Shown here: positions 9,725-16,983 of the stretch, one piece after another
Layout of the letters: every line of letters starts with the position of its first letter
Position numbering within the stretch: the first letter of the stretch is position 1
Source of the DNA: Verrucomicrobiota bacterium
GTDB lineage: Bacteria; Verrucomicrobiota; Verrucomicrobiia; Chthoniobacterales; UBA10450
Length of the DNA stretch: 46,037 bases
Reading direction: 5' to 3'
Assembly: GCA_003218885.1 (NCBI GenBank)
Contig: QHOV01000154.1
Span: forward strand, 1-46,037
The notes under the pieces: model-generated
Seen by the model: the letters and a program-made list of their open reading frames with translations, nothing else
The model's database searches: none
What the model was told of the DNA's origin: nothing
Translations under genes and position numbers: made by a program

Positions 9725-10810
9725 CTAGATCGCTTCGAGGGCGCTCTTCAAATCGCCAATCAAATCACGCACGTCTTCGATGCCGACCGAGAGGCGAACC
9801 AGCGAATCAGTAATGCCAAGCTTTTCGCGTTGCTCCTTCGGCACTGAGGCATGGGTCATGAGCGCAGGATGATTGATCAGGCTCTCAACGCCGCCCAGGC
9901 TTTCTGCCAGCGCAAACAACTCGGTGTTCTCGAGAAAACGCCGCGTTCCGGCAAGGTCCGTCTTCAAAACGATGGTGACCATGCCACCGAAACCGCGCAT
10001 CTGTTGGCGGGCCAGATCGTGCTGTGGATGGGATTTGAGGCCGGGATAATGCACTGATTTGATCTCGCCCTGTTCCTCGAGCCAGCGCGCAATCTCCAGC
10101 GCGTTCGCGCAATGCCGCTCCATGCGGAGCGCCAGCGTTTTCAAACTGCGTAAAACAAGAAAACTGTCGAATGCGCCGGCGATTGCGCCGACCGAATTTT
10201 GCAAGAATGCAATTTGATCAGCGAGTTCCTTCTTTTCGCCAACGACAACAACGCCGCCCACGAGGTCGGAATGCCCGTTCAAATATTTCGTCGCGGAATG
10301 CACGACAATGTCGAAGCCGGTCTCGATTGGACGTTGGATCCAGGGAGTGGCAAATGTGTTATCGGACACAGAAATGATTTTTCGCTTCCGGGCGATTTTG
10401 GCGATCGCTTCAAGATCGATCAGCTTCAGCAGCGGATTGCTCGGAGTTTCGATCCAAACCATGCGCGTATTTGGTTTGATTGCGCGCTCGAGATCTTTGG
10501 GATCGGTCAAATCGACATAGCTAAAATCAAGATTCGCAGAGCGTCGCCGCACTCGATCGAACAATCGGAACGTGCCGCCGTAAAGATCGTCACTGGCGAC
10601 GATATGCGAACCGCTTTCGAGCAGCTCCAGCACGGTCGCCATACCAGCGAGCCCCGATGCAAACGCGAATCCGCGCGTGCCGCTTTCCAAATCGGCAATG
10701 CACTTTTCGTAGGCGAGCCGCGTGGGATTGATTGAGCGCGCGTAATCGTAGCCTTTGTGTTTTCCCGGGCTTTCCTGGACGTATGTTGACGTGGCGTAGA
10801 TCGGCGTCAT
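9725..10810 (-). CDS. Cystathionine gamma-lyase/gamma-synthase family PLP enzyme (trans-sulfuration); N-terminus apparently cut off by a frame problem
   Basis: The ATG-bounded ORF is 361 aa ('SATKYLNGHSD', 'ESLGGVESLI.HPA.MTHA'). The same frame upstream of 10810 still encodes the conserved 'RFATRAIHAGQQPDPTTGAV' up to ~10870, but has no ATG/GTG/TTG before the stop at 10931-10933. Confidence 0.85.
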   Translation of the reverse strand: MTPIYATSTYVQESPGKHKGYDYARSINPTRLAYEKCIADLESGTRGFAFASGLAGMATVLELLESGSHIVASDDLYGGTFRLFDRVRRRSANLDFSYVDLTDPKDLERAIKPNTRMVWIETPSNPLLKLIDLEAIAKIARKRKIISVSDNTFATPWIQRPIETGFDIVVHSATKYLNGHSDLVGGVVVVGEKKELADQIAFLQNSVGAIAGAFDSFLVLRSLKTLALRMERHCANALEIARWLEEQGEIKSVHYPGLKSHPQHDLARQQMRGFGGMVTIVLKTDLAGTRRFLENTELFALAESLGGVESLINHPALMTHASVPKEQREKLGITDSLVRLSVGIEDVRDLIGDLKSALEAI

Positions 10811-12296
10811 GACCGCGCCTGTAGTGGGATCCGGTTGTTGGCCGGCGTGAATGGCACGCGTGGCAAAGCGGCGGCGTGGCCGATTTCGGCATGTGAAGCC
10901 GGAGATAAGAAAGCAAATCGGTGCGCGTAATCAGCCCCAGAAATTTGTCGTCCTTCATGACAATAGCGACCCGCCCGCGGTCAAATACATCCAGTAAGTC
11001 TTTAATTTTCGTGTCTGGCGGCAGCGTTTCTAACCGGTCCGTCATCGCTTTTTCTACCGGATCGTTGAAGTGCGATGTGTCGCGGTGCACCCTCACCAGG
11101 AGATCAGATTCGTCGATAATGCCGATGGCGCGTCCGTTTTTATCGACGACCGGAAGCTGCGAAACGTCAGAGCCGCGCATTCGCCTGAAGGCTGTCAGCA
11201 GCGAATCGTCCGCCCCGACCGTGATCACTTCGCCCGCTTCGTATCGGTGCGAGATCAAATCGCTCAGATCGCCGTGCGGGTGGCGATGAATGAATCCCTG
11301 CTCGGCCATCCAAAAGTCGTTGTACATTTTTGAGAGATATTTATTGCCGGTGTCGGGAACGAGAGTGACCACACGTTTTGGTTTCGTTTGCTGTCGGCAA
11401 TATCGCAGCGCGCCGGCGAGAAGCGTGCCGGTAGATGAACCGCCGAAGATTCCTTCCTTATGCAAAAGCTCTCGCGCGGTCGCAAAACTTTCTGCGTCGT
11501 CAATCTCAAACGCATCTGTGACTAATGACATATCTGCGATTTCTGGAATGAAATCTTCGCCAATGCCTTCCACTGCCCAGCTTCCCGATTCGACCAGTCT
11601 TCCCGTCTTGACGTACTCGTACAACACAGAGCCGGTTGGGTCGGCCAAGATCATTTCGATGCCCCGACGTGGTTTAACACGATTGAAGAAGCGCCCAAGA
11701 CCGGTCAGCGTTCCGCCCGAACCAACTCCCACAACAACGGCATCGACATCGTGCCGCATTTGCTCCCAAATTTCCGGGCCGGTCGTGCGCTCGTGCGCCA
11801 GCGGGTTCGCCGGATTACCAAACTGATTCACGTAAAAGGCACTTGGAATTTCTTCGGCGAGTCGCGCGGCCACGTCTTGGTAATATTCCGGATGACCGCG
11901 GGTCACATCAGATCGCGTGATGCGCACTTCGGCTCCGAGCGCTTTCACGTGCGAGATCTTTTCCTGCGACATCTTATCCGGGATCACCAACAAGACGTGA
12001 TAGCCTTTGGCACCGGCAACGAGCGCCAGACCCAGGCCAGTATTGCCTGCTGTCGCCTCTACGACTGTGCCACCGGGTTGCAATTTCCCCTCTTCCTCTG
12101 CCGCTTCGATCATCGAGAGCGCGATTCGGTCCTTGATCGAGCCGCCAGGATTTTGATTTTCAAGCTTGAGAAAAAGGTGACACGGACCGGTGTCGAACTG
12201 TGTCACCTCCACCAGCGGCGTGTCGCCAATGAACGACAGAATTGCGGGCGGTTTACTATGGGCGGCCCCTGCCAGCGTTTCAGAAGTGTCACTCAT
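10590..12296 (-). CDS. Cystathionine beta-synthase (PLP cysteine-synthase fold + tandem CBS domains)
   Basis: 'LENQNPGGSIKDR', 'EATAGNTGLGLA', 'GVGSGGTLTG', then a CBS-pair region. Recognisable protein ends near '...DLLSYLRLH' (~10898). The last ~100 codons of the track ORF are out-of-frame read-through across the CGL gene. Confidence 0.85.
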   Translation of the reverse strand: MSDTSETLAGAAHSKPPAILSFIGDTPLVEVTQFDTGPCHLFLKLENQNPGGSIKDRIALSMIEAAEEEGKLQPGGTVVEATAGNTGLGLALVAGAKGYHVLLVIPDKMSQEKISHVKALGAEVRITRSDVTRGHPEYYQDVAARLAEEIPSAFYVNQFGNPANPLAHERTTGPEIWEQMRHDVDAVVVGVGSGGTLTGLGRFFNRVKPRRGIEMILADPTGSVLYEYVKTGRLVESGSWAVEGIGEDFIPEIADMSLVTDAFEIDDAESFATARELLHKEGIFGGSSTGTLLAGALRYCRQQTKPKRVVTLVPDTGNKYLSKMYNDFWMAEQGFIHRHPHGDLSDLISHRYEAGEVITVGADDSLLTAFRRMRGSDVSQLPVVDKNGRAIGIIDESDLLVRVHRDTSHFNDPVEKAMTDRLETLPPDTKIKDLLDVFDRGRVAIVMKDDKFLGLITRTDLLSYLRLHMPKSATPPLCHACHSRRPTTGSHYRRGHDADLRHVNIRPGKPGKTQRLRLRALNQSHAARLRKVHCRFGKRHARIRVCIGARWYGDRAGAARKRFAYRRQ

Positions 12297-12303
12297 GCAA
12301 AGC

Positions 12304-12813
12304 CTACTCGATAGACGGTTCGCCCTTGTGCGACCACTCCGACTCGCTGTCCGCGAGAAATTGTTGGAGCACAGGGAAACGGACTTCGCCGTAGTTTAAT
12401 GCGTAACGGAGCTCCCCGCCTTTGTAAATCCAAGTCGTCGGGATCCACGAAAGTGGCAAACCGGCAAATTGTTTGATCTTGTTTTCGCCGCGACGCGGGC
12501 CGCGGTCCGCAAGGATTGTCACATTGGGCTGATCGGCGATGGCGAATTTTTTCAGCATCGCACGTCCGTCCTGGCCATCATTCCAAACGGAGACAAAATA
12601 AAATTTCACGTGCGGATTTTCATTAATGATTTTCGCCCATCCGCCGCTTTTAAGCTCAGCCTGGCAATTCGAGCACCAGGGCGCCCAAAGATGCACGACG
12701 GTGAGATCTGGCGATTTGATCGCGCCGAGGACTTTTTGTTCAGCCGGAGATTCGGCCCGCAGTGATATCGCTGCGAGAAGGGCAATCAATATCGGTGTTC
12801 GGGCAATCGACAT
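12304..12813 (-). CDS. Secreted thioredoxin-fold protein (TlpA/redoxin-like thiol:disulfide oxidoreductase)
   Basis: 169 aa. Signal peptide 'MSIARTPILIALLAAISLRA'. CxxC motif 'WAPWCSNCQAE'. Confidence 0.8.
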   Translation of the reverse strand: MSIARTPILIALLAAISLRAESPAEQKVLGAIKSPDLTVVHLWAPWCSNCQAELKSGGWAKIINENPHVKFYFVSVWNDGQDGRAMLKKFAIADQPNVTILADRGPRRGENKIKQFAGLPLSWIPTTWIYKGGELRYALNYGEVRFPVLQQFLADSESEWSHKGEPSIE

Positions 12814-12877
12814 GTTCTACTAAAGGATAAAGGGGAAAGGCGTAACGCTCAACGCCGAACGCAGAACATTAGACACC

Positions 12878-12968
12878 GTCATTCCGGGTGAAGTCGAGGG
12901 ATCCCGTGGCAAACCATTGGGTAAGTTCGCGGGATCCTTCGACTCCGCTTCGCTTCGCTCAGGATGAC
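12878..12968. repeat. Family-1 intergenic repeat, full hairpin form (two inverted arms)
   Basis: Left arm GTCATTCCGGGTGAAGTCGAGGGATCC (12878..12904). Right arm GGATCCTTCGACTCCGCTTCGCTTCGCTCAGGATGAC (12932..12968) is its imperfect reverse complement. Confidence 0.8.
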
Positions 12969-13064
12969 ACGCGGCTGTAACTCGGCGCATGTCAGTTGAC
13001 CTTCTGCACAAAAACGCCTACTATGGCATCCCGCTTCCGCAATAGCAGCTACGCGGAAATCTTC

Positions 13065-13088
13065 GGCGGTCATAGACCGCCGCTACAG
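13065..13088 (+). repeat. Family-4 repeat (short GC hairpin + GCTACA tail)
   Basis: GGCGGTCATAGACCGCCGCTACAG. Confidence 0.7.
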
Positions 13089-13094
13089 CGCCTG

Positions 13095-13101
13095 AAGGAG
13101 G
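13095..13101 (+). promoter_or_regulatory. Shine-Dalgarno sequence for rpsA
   Basis: AAGGAGG lies 10 nt upstream of ATG 13112. Confidence 0.6.
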
Positions 13102-13111
13102 CTTATTATTT

Positions 13112-14851
13112 ATGATTCAAATGCAGGACGTGATGTCGAAGGCGATGCCTGACTTCCGCGAAGGAAGCATCGTTAAGGGGCGCATCTTGGAAATTCGCCC
13201 ACGCGAAGTGCTGGTCGATGTGGGATACAAATCCGAGGGCGTCATTCCGTTGACTGAATTTGAAGAAGCCGATTCGCTTGAAGTAGGCGACGAGGTGGAC
13301 GTCCTCCTAGAGCGGCTGGAAAACGAAGAAGGCATGGTCGTTCTCTCGAAGGAGAAAGCCGCCTACCGTCAGAACTGGTATAAGATCGTCAGTGTTTTCC
13401 AAGGCGACGGCATGATCAAAGGCAAGGTGAAATCGGTGGTTAAAGGCGGCCTCATGGTGAACATCGGGGTCGAAGCGTTTTTGCCGGCGTCTCAGATCGA
13501 CGTCGTTCCGCCAAAGGATTTGCAGCAATTCGTCGGCAACACATACGATTTTAAAATCGTTAAGCTCAATGACGACCGCAAAAACGTCGTGCTCAGCCGG
13601 CGCGAGGTGATCGAGCAGGAGCGCAGCGAAAAACGCCAAAAATTCATGGAAGGCGTGAACGTGGGCGACCGCGTAACTGGCACCGTGAAAAACATCACCG
13701 ACTTCGGCGCATTCATCGATCTCGATGGCATGGATGGCCTGCTGCACGTCACGGATATGACCTGGGGCCGGCTGGGACATCCCAGCGAGCTATTGAAGGT
13801 CGGGCAGCAGTTGGAAGTCGTCGTGCTCGACATCAACAAGGAAAAAGAGCGCGTGTCGCTGGGACTGAAACAGACTCAGAAGAATCCGTGGGACCAAATC
13901 GAGGAGCGTTTCCCGGCTGGCCAGCGCATCAAAGGGAAAATCACAAACCTTGTTCCTTACGGCGCATTTGTTGAGATCGAAGAAGGCGTGGAAGGCCTCA
14001 TCCACGTTTCTGAACTTTCGTGGACGAAACGGATCATGCGACCCTCCGATATTCTTAGCGTCGGTCAGGAGGTGGAAGCTGTCGTGCTCGGCGTCAATAA
14101 GGAGGAGCAGAAAATTTCATTGGGCCTGCGCCAGCTCGAACCGAATCCGTGGGATGAAATCGAGAAAAAGTTCACCATAGGCAGCCGGGTCAAAGGCAAG
14201 ATTCGCAACATGACCGCCTACGGCGCGTTCGTAGAGCTGGAGGAAGGCATCGACGGCATGATCCACGTGTCAGACTTGAGTTGGACCCGCAAGATCAATC
14301 ATCCGAGCGAGATGTTTAAGAAAGGCGACGAAATCGAAGCGGGCGTTATCGACATCGACAAAGTAAACCAACGGATCAGTCTCGGGATCAAACAGCTCAC
14401 CGAAGATCCGTGGAAGACAATTGATGAGAAGTACAAGATCGGCGATCTCGTGAAAGGCAAAGTCACCAAGCTCGCCAGCTTCGGCGCGTTCGTGCAACTA
14501 CAAGACGATATCGACGGGCTCGTGCACATCTCGCAATTGAGCGAAGATCACGTCGCAAAAGTGAAAGATGTCCTGAAGGTCGGTCAGGAAGTCGAAGCGC
14601 GCGTCATCAAGGTGGACAAAGTCGAGCGCCGCATTGGTCTGTCGATCAAGGCCGCCAATTATTCTGAAGAGCAACTGCGTAAAGAAGTAGAGTCCTTCGA
14701 CACGCTTCGTCCCGGCGAAGACATGGTCGGCTTGGAAAAAGCTTTCGCCGCCGCCGAGCAGGAAGAATATCGGCCCAGCGATTCCAAGCGAGCAGCCAAG
14801 GAATCGAAAGACTCCAAGGGCGAATCCAAAAAAGAATCGAAAGCGAAGTAG
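13112..14851 (+). CDS. rpsA: 30S ribosomal protein S1
   Basis: 579 aa with six S1 (OB) repeats of the type 'G..V.G.V....FGAFV.L..GI.GL.H.S'. Lys/Ser-rich C-terminal tail. Confidence 0.95.
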   Translation: MIQMQDVMSKAMPDFREGSIVKGRILEIRPREVLVDVGYKSEGVIPLTEFEEADSLEVGDEVDVLLERLENEEGMVVLSKEKAAYRQNWYKIVSVFQGDGMIKGKVKSVVKGGLMVNIGVEAFLPASQIDVVPPKDLQQFVGNTYDFKIVKLNDDRKNVVLSRREVIEQERSEKRQKFMEGVNVGDRVTGTVKNITDFGAFIDLDGMDGLLHVTDMTWGRLGHPSELLKVGQQLEVVVLDINKEKERVSLGLKQTQKNPWDQIEERFPAGQRIKGKITNLVPYGAFVEIEEGVEGLIHVSELSWTKRIMRPSDILSVGQEVEAVVLGVNKEEQKISLGLRQLEPNPWDEIEKKFTIGSRVKGKIRNMTAYGAFVELEEGIDGMIHVSDLSWTRKINHPSEMFKKGDEIEAGVIDIDKVNQRISLGIKQLTEDPWKTIDEKYKIGDLVKGKVTKLASFGAFVQLQDDIDGLVHISQLSEDHVAKVKDVLKVGQEVEARVIKVDKVERRIGLSIKAANYSEEQLRKEVESFDTLRPGEDMVGLEKAFAAAEQEEYRPSDSKRAAKESKDSKGESKKESKAK

Positions 14852-15083
14852 CTCCGGGTTTCTTGTCGCTGCGTACAAGACCCTCCAACGCAGAATGAGG
14901 ACCAGCAGTGCCGCATTCCAAAACGCAAGCGGCTAGAGCGTGTCGAATCACGGCCACGTTTTGGAGTGCCGCAATGTTTGCCGAACTGAGTCAGATCAAG
15001 AAGCACTTTATCCTATCGGAGTGAGCTGTTAAACTTTCGCTGCTGTGGAAATCACGCCTGAGCTACCGAGCAATCAGCCTTCC

Positions 15084-15422
15084 ATGCGGCGTATCTTTCT
15101 CCAATACAACTTCGCACTGCGAGCAATCGTTACGACGGTTTTGTTGTGCGCGATAACCGGCTGCGGAAATCCCAAAATTATCGGCAAATGGCGCATGTCG
15201 GGAGATTCAAATGCTACGGTTTGGGAATTTTCGAAGAATGGCCTCGTCCTTATCGGGGATGTGCGTGGCAGGTACCGGTTTGGCGACCAGGACCGAATCA
15301 AAATTGAAACGCCGTTCGCTACGACAGTTTATCAGCTGAAAATTTCTCGCGATCGGATGATCCTGCAAGAGCCCGGCGGTTCGAAACTCGAGTTTACGAG
15401 GATCAGCGAGGCGCAGCGCTGA
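15084..15422 (+). CDS. Small lipoprotein, unknown function
   Basis: ATG 15084 gives 'MRRIFLQYNFALRAIVTTVLLCAITGC' with a lipobox (ITGC). The track ORF starts at GTG 15045. Confidence 0.6.
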   Translation: MRRIFLQYNFALRAIVTTVLLCAITGCGNPKIIGKWRMSGDSNATVWEFSKNGLVLIGDVRGRYRFGDQDRIKIETPFATTVYQLKISRDRMILQEPGGSKLEFTRISEAQR

Positions 15423-15445
15423 CGGTGGAACGAAGCAAACAGCAA

Positions 15446-15472
15446 GAGATTCCTCGACTTCGGTCGGACGAC
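15446..15472 (-). repeat. Family-1 repeat, single arm
   Basis: GAGATTCCTCGACTTCGGTCGGACGAC is the reverse complement of the GTC(A/G)T(T)CCGA(G/C)CGAAGTCGAGGAATCTC consensus. It lies 5 nt from the asnS stop. Confidence 0.75.
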
Positions 15473-15476
15473 AAGG

Positions 15477-16874
15477 TCAGAACTCTGCACTTCCAGGGGT
15501 TCGAGCAAACGGGATCACGTCCCGAATATTTGGGACGCCGGTGATGAACATCAACATTCGCTCAAAGCCGAGGCCGAAACCAGAGTGCGGCGCGGTGCCA
15601 TAACGCCGGAGATCGAGATACCATTTGTAATCGGCCGGATCCATTTTGTGCCGGCGCATGTTTTCCTCGAGCATCTTTAGTCTCTCTTCACGCTGGCTGC
15701 CGCCGACGATTTCGCCGATACCGGGCACGAGTAAATCCATCGCAGCAACAGTCTTTCCGTCTTCGTTCAATCGCATGTAGAAGGGCTTGATCTCTTTCGG
15801 AAAATTGAAGACCGTGACCGGACATTTGAAATGTTTCTCGGTCAGCCAGCGCTCATGCTCCGATTGCAAGTTTAATCCGTAGTCGATTGGGAATTCAAAT
15901 TTTTCGCCGCTTTTTCTTAGAAGATCGATAGCGACACTGTATGTGATCCGTTGAAACGGTCGCTCAACGACGAAGTCGAGCCGGGCAAGCAACTCCTTGT
16001 CCACGAATTTGGCGAAAAGTTCCATCTCATCGGGGCAATCCTTTCTCGCATCTGCGATCAAATACTTCACAAACTCTTCGGCGAGATCCATGTTGCCGTT
16101 CAAATCGCAAAACGCCATCTCCGGTTCGATCATCCAGAACTCGCTCGCGTGGCGCGACGTGTTGGAGTTTTCGGCCCGGAACGTTGGGCCAAATGTGTAA
16201 ACCTTCGACAATGCCAGCGCCAACGCTTCGGCTTCGAGCTGACCACTCACGGTCAAGTAAGTCGGCCGAGCGAAAAAGTCTTTCGTATAATCGATCTCGC
16301 CGTCCGTCGTTCTCAATTCGGCGGCTGCCGGATCGAGCGTCGTAACGCGAAACAATTCCCCTGCTCCCTCGCAATCGCTGCTGGTAATAATCGGCGTGTG
16401 GATAAAAACAAAACCGCGCTCCTGGAAAAACTGATGGACAGCAAAGGCAAGCCGGCTCCGCACGCGAAAAATACTACTGAAAAGATTCGAGCGGGGCCGC
16501 AGATGAGCAATTTCGCGAAGAAATTCAGGCGTGTGCCCCTTTTTCTGCAGCGGATAGGAATCGTCGGCCGTTCCCACAATGTCGATGTTGTCCGCGACCA
16601 GTTCCCATTTTTGTCCTTTACCCTGCGAAGCGACCAGCGCCCCAGTCACGCTGATCGATGCGCCGGTAGTAAGCCGCTGCACCGCAGCGTAATTTGGTAA
16701 CGAGCTTTTCGCGATGATCTGAAGATTGCGCAACGAGGAGCCATCATTCACCTCGATAAATGAAAAATCTTTCGAGTCCCGCCGCGTCCGCACCCAGCCT
16801 TGGACCTGAATCGCGCCGGTGGGCGCGGTGCCTTGCAAAGCGTCTCTGATCGAGGTTGGCGAAGGTTCTGTCAT
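15477..16874 (-). CDS. asnS: Asparagine--tRNA ligase
   Basis: 465 aa class IIb aaRS. N-terminal OB 'V.GWV...R..K...F..V.DGS', 'FRAENSNT.RH..EFWM.EPE', 'GGSQRE', 'YGT.PH.GFGLGFER'. Confidence 0.95.
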   Translation of the reverse strand: MTEPSPTSIRDALQGTAPTGAIQVQGWVRTRRDSKDFSFIEVNDGSSLRNLQIIAKSSLPNYAAVQRLTTGASISVTGALVASQGKGQKWELVADNIDIVGTADDSYPLQKKGHTPEFLREIAHLRPRSNLFSSIFRVRSRLAFAVHQFFQERGFVFIHTPIITSSDCEGAGELFRVTTLDPAAAELRTTDGEIDYTKDFFARPTYLTVSGQLEAEALALALSKVYTFGPTFRAENSNTSRHASEFWMIEPEMAFCDLNGNMDLAEEFVKYLIADARKDCPDEMELFAKFVDKELLARLDFVVERPFQRITYSVAIDLLRKSGEKFEFPIDYGLNLQSEHERWLTEKHFKCPVTVFNFPKEIKPFYMRLNEDGKTVAAMDLLVPGIGEIVGGSQREERLKMLEENMRRHKMDPADYKWYLDLRRYGTAPHSGFGLGFERMLMFITGVPNIRDVIPFARTPGSAEF

Positions 16875-16885
16875 ATGTACATCGA

Positions 16886-16913
16886 GAGATTCCTCGACTT
16901 CGCTCGGAATGAC
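16886..16913 (-). repeat. Family-1 repeat, single arm
   Basis: GAGATTCCTCGACTTCGCTCGGAATGAC is the exact reverse complement of the copy at 45335..45362. It lies 11 nt upstream of the asnS ATG. Confidence 0.8.
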
Positions 16914-16952
16914 AAGTTGAGCAGGCAGAGCGAGAGGACGCCGCGCTGCGAC

Positions 16953-16982
16953 GTCCGGACGGCGCAGCGCGCCGACCCTACC
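16953..16982 (+). repeat. Family-2 GC-rich hairpin repeat
   Basis: GTCCGGACGGCGCAGCGCGCCGACCCTACC, directly after the speA stop. Confidence 0.8.
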
Positions 16983-16983
16983 A

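Noticed and set aside
12820-13073. ORFs 12820..13011 and 12879..13073 (63-64 aa) in the tlpA/rpsA spacer.
   Set aside because: They are read straight through the family-1 hairpin repeat and the family-4 element, so they are translations of repeat DNA and not genes.
6131-16874. Co-occurrence of gatB (the indirect Asn/Gln-tRNA pathway) with a dedicated asnS.
   Set aside because: This is common in bacteria that use GatCAB only for Gln-tRNA(Gln). It is not anomalous without knowing whether glnS or asnB are present.
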